Shown: piece after piece, positions 63,134 through 64,000 of the stretch
Position numbering within the stretch: the stretch's first letter is position 1
Layout: the number at the start of each line of letters is the position of its first letter
From: Camelus ferus
Taxonomy: Eukaryota
Assembly: GCF_009834535.1 (NCBI RefSeq)
Contig: NC_045697.1
Coordinates: 51,338,001-51,402,000 of the forward strand
Length of the DNA: 64,000 nt
Direction of reading: 5' to 3'
Program-made: the position numbers and the translations under genes
The notes under the pieces: generated by a model
The model's input: only the letters and a program-made list of their open reading frames with translations
What the model was told of the DNA's origin: nothing
The model's database searches: none

Positions 63134-63739
63134 ATACTAATTGTGGTAACCATAATGATAACCACCATCAAGCAAGCACCTACATTGTGACAGTCAATAA
63201 ACAAGCATTTTGTCTGTGATGTTTTATTTAAGTTAACAAGTGCTCTGTGTAGTGGACATAATCTTCCCCACTTTATGAGCTGGTGCCCCATTTTTAAAGA
63301 TAAGGAAACTGGGTAAATTAGAGCATCTCAAGGGCTGTGTGTGCAAATCAATTGTAGGTATGCCCAGATATGACCCTCCTAGCCCTGGAGGTGGGTAGGA
63401 AGAACATGAGGCACCTGGATTTCCAAGCCAGTCACCTTTGACCAAGTGCTACCTTGCCCTAGTGTGCTGCAGAAATATAATTCTTTATGCCTACCAAGAT
63501 ATGAAAATTGGGAAGCACATAAAATTACCTATCCAAGATGACAAGCCTCAGATAGAGCCCAACTAGAGATCCAAACCAAAGTCTGTATGACATTAAAGCC
63601 TATTTTCTCTCCACTATCCTTGCTGTCCTTGAAGATCTGAGAATTGAGTTCTTCAGTTGGAAGCAGAGAGAGGCAGCAGGATGTGGCTAGTTATGCAACA
63701 TGAATTTTACACACAAAAAAGCCATTTTGCAATGGTTGG

Positions 63740-64000
63740 TATGTGACGTAGACTAGCACGAGGTTAAGATTGAGGACTCTGCTGTCAGACTGCCTGGATT
63801 TAAAATCAGACTATCATTTACTAACTGTTTGACTTTGGGAAAATTACTCTGCTTCTCTGTGCTTGAGGCTTTACATTTGTGAAATAAGGAATAATTTATT
63901 GATTGACTCAACAAATATTTGCTGAGAGCCTTCTATGTATGAGGCCAAATTTTAGGGTCTGAAAATGCAGCAGTGAATAAAGTACTTGATCTTTGAGTTT
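63740..64000. mobile_element. MIR followed by an L2 3' end
   Basis: ggactctgctgtcagactgcctggatt...gactttgggaaaattact...ctctgtgc; then ttgactcaacaaatatttgctgag. Confidence 0.65.

Noticed and set aside
62794..63291. 165-aa minus-strand ORF
   Set aside because: Spans a solo LTR and a MIR-like segment; chance ORF.

Overview
Mammalian genomic DNA, probably from a camelid judging by the tRNA-derived Vic-1-like SINEs and a camelid-type L1 3' end. The + strand carries the last nine coding exons of ANKRD17 (705-23607, about 1,079 C-terminal residues including the KH domain) and its 3' UTR. After a ~4.5 kb gap come a CpG-island promoter and the complete six-exon COX18 gene (ATG 29536 to TGA 38948, 336/337 aa), matching the human ANKRD17-COX18 order. 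Both exon chains were reconstructed by hand and are phase-consistent. The last 25 kb has no recognisable gene and is rich in repeats: solo LTRs, a nested MER21/ERV1 LTR, MER82, a fossil hAT transposase, L1, L2 and MIR, plus a consensus CTCF site. I find no convincing novel multi-gene system. The best leads are a weak GC donor splitting the KH domain, a frame-compatible ANKRD17-COX18 read-through junction, a candidate poison exon in ANKRD17, a COX18 NAGNAG acceptor and several TSD-bounded insertions. Repeat family names are from recollection of consensus sequences, not from a database search.
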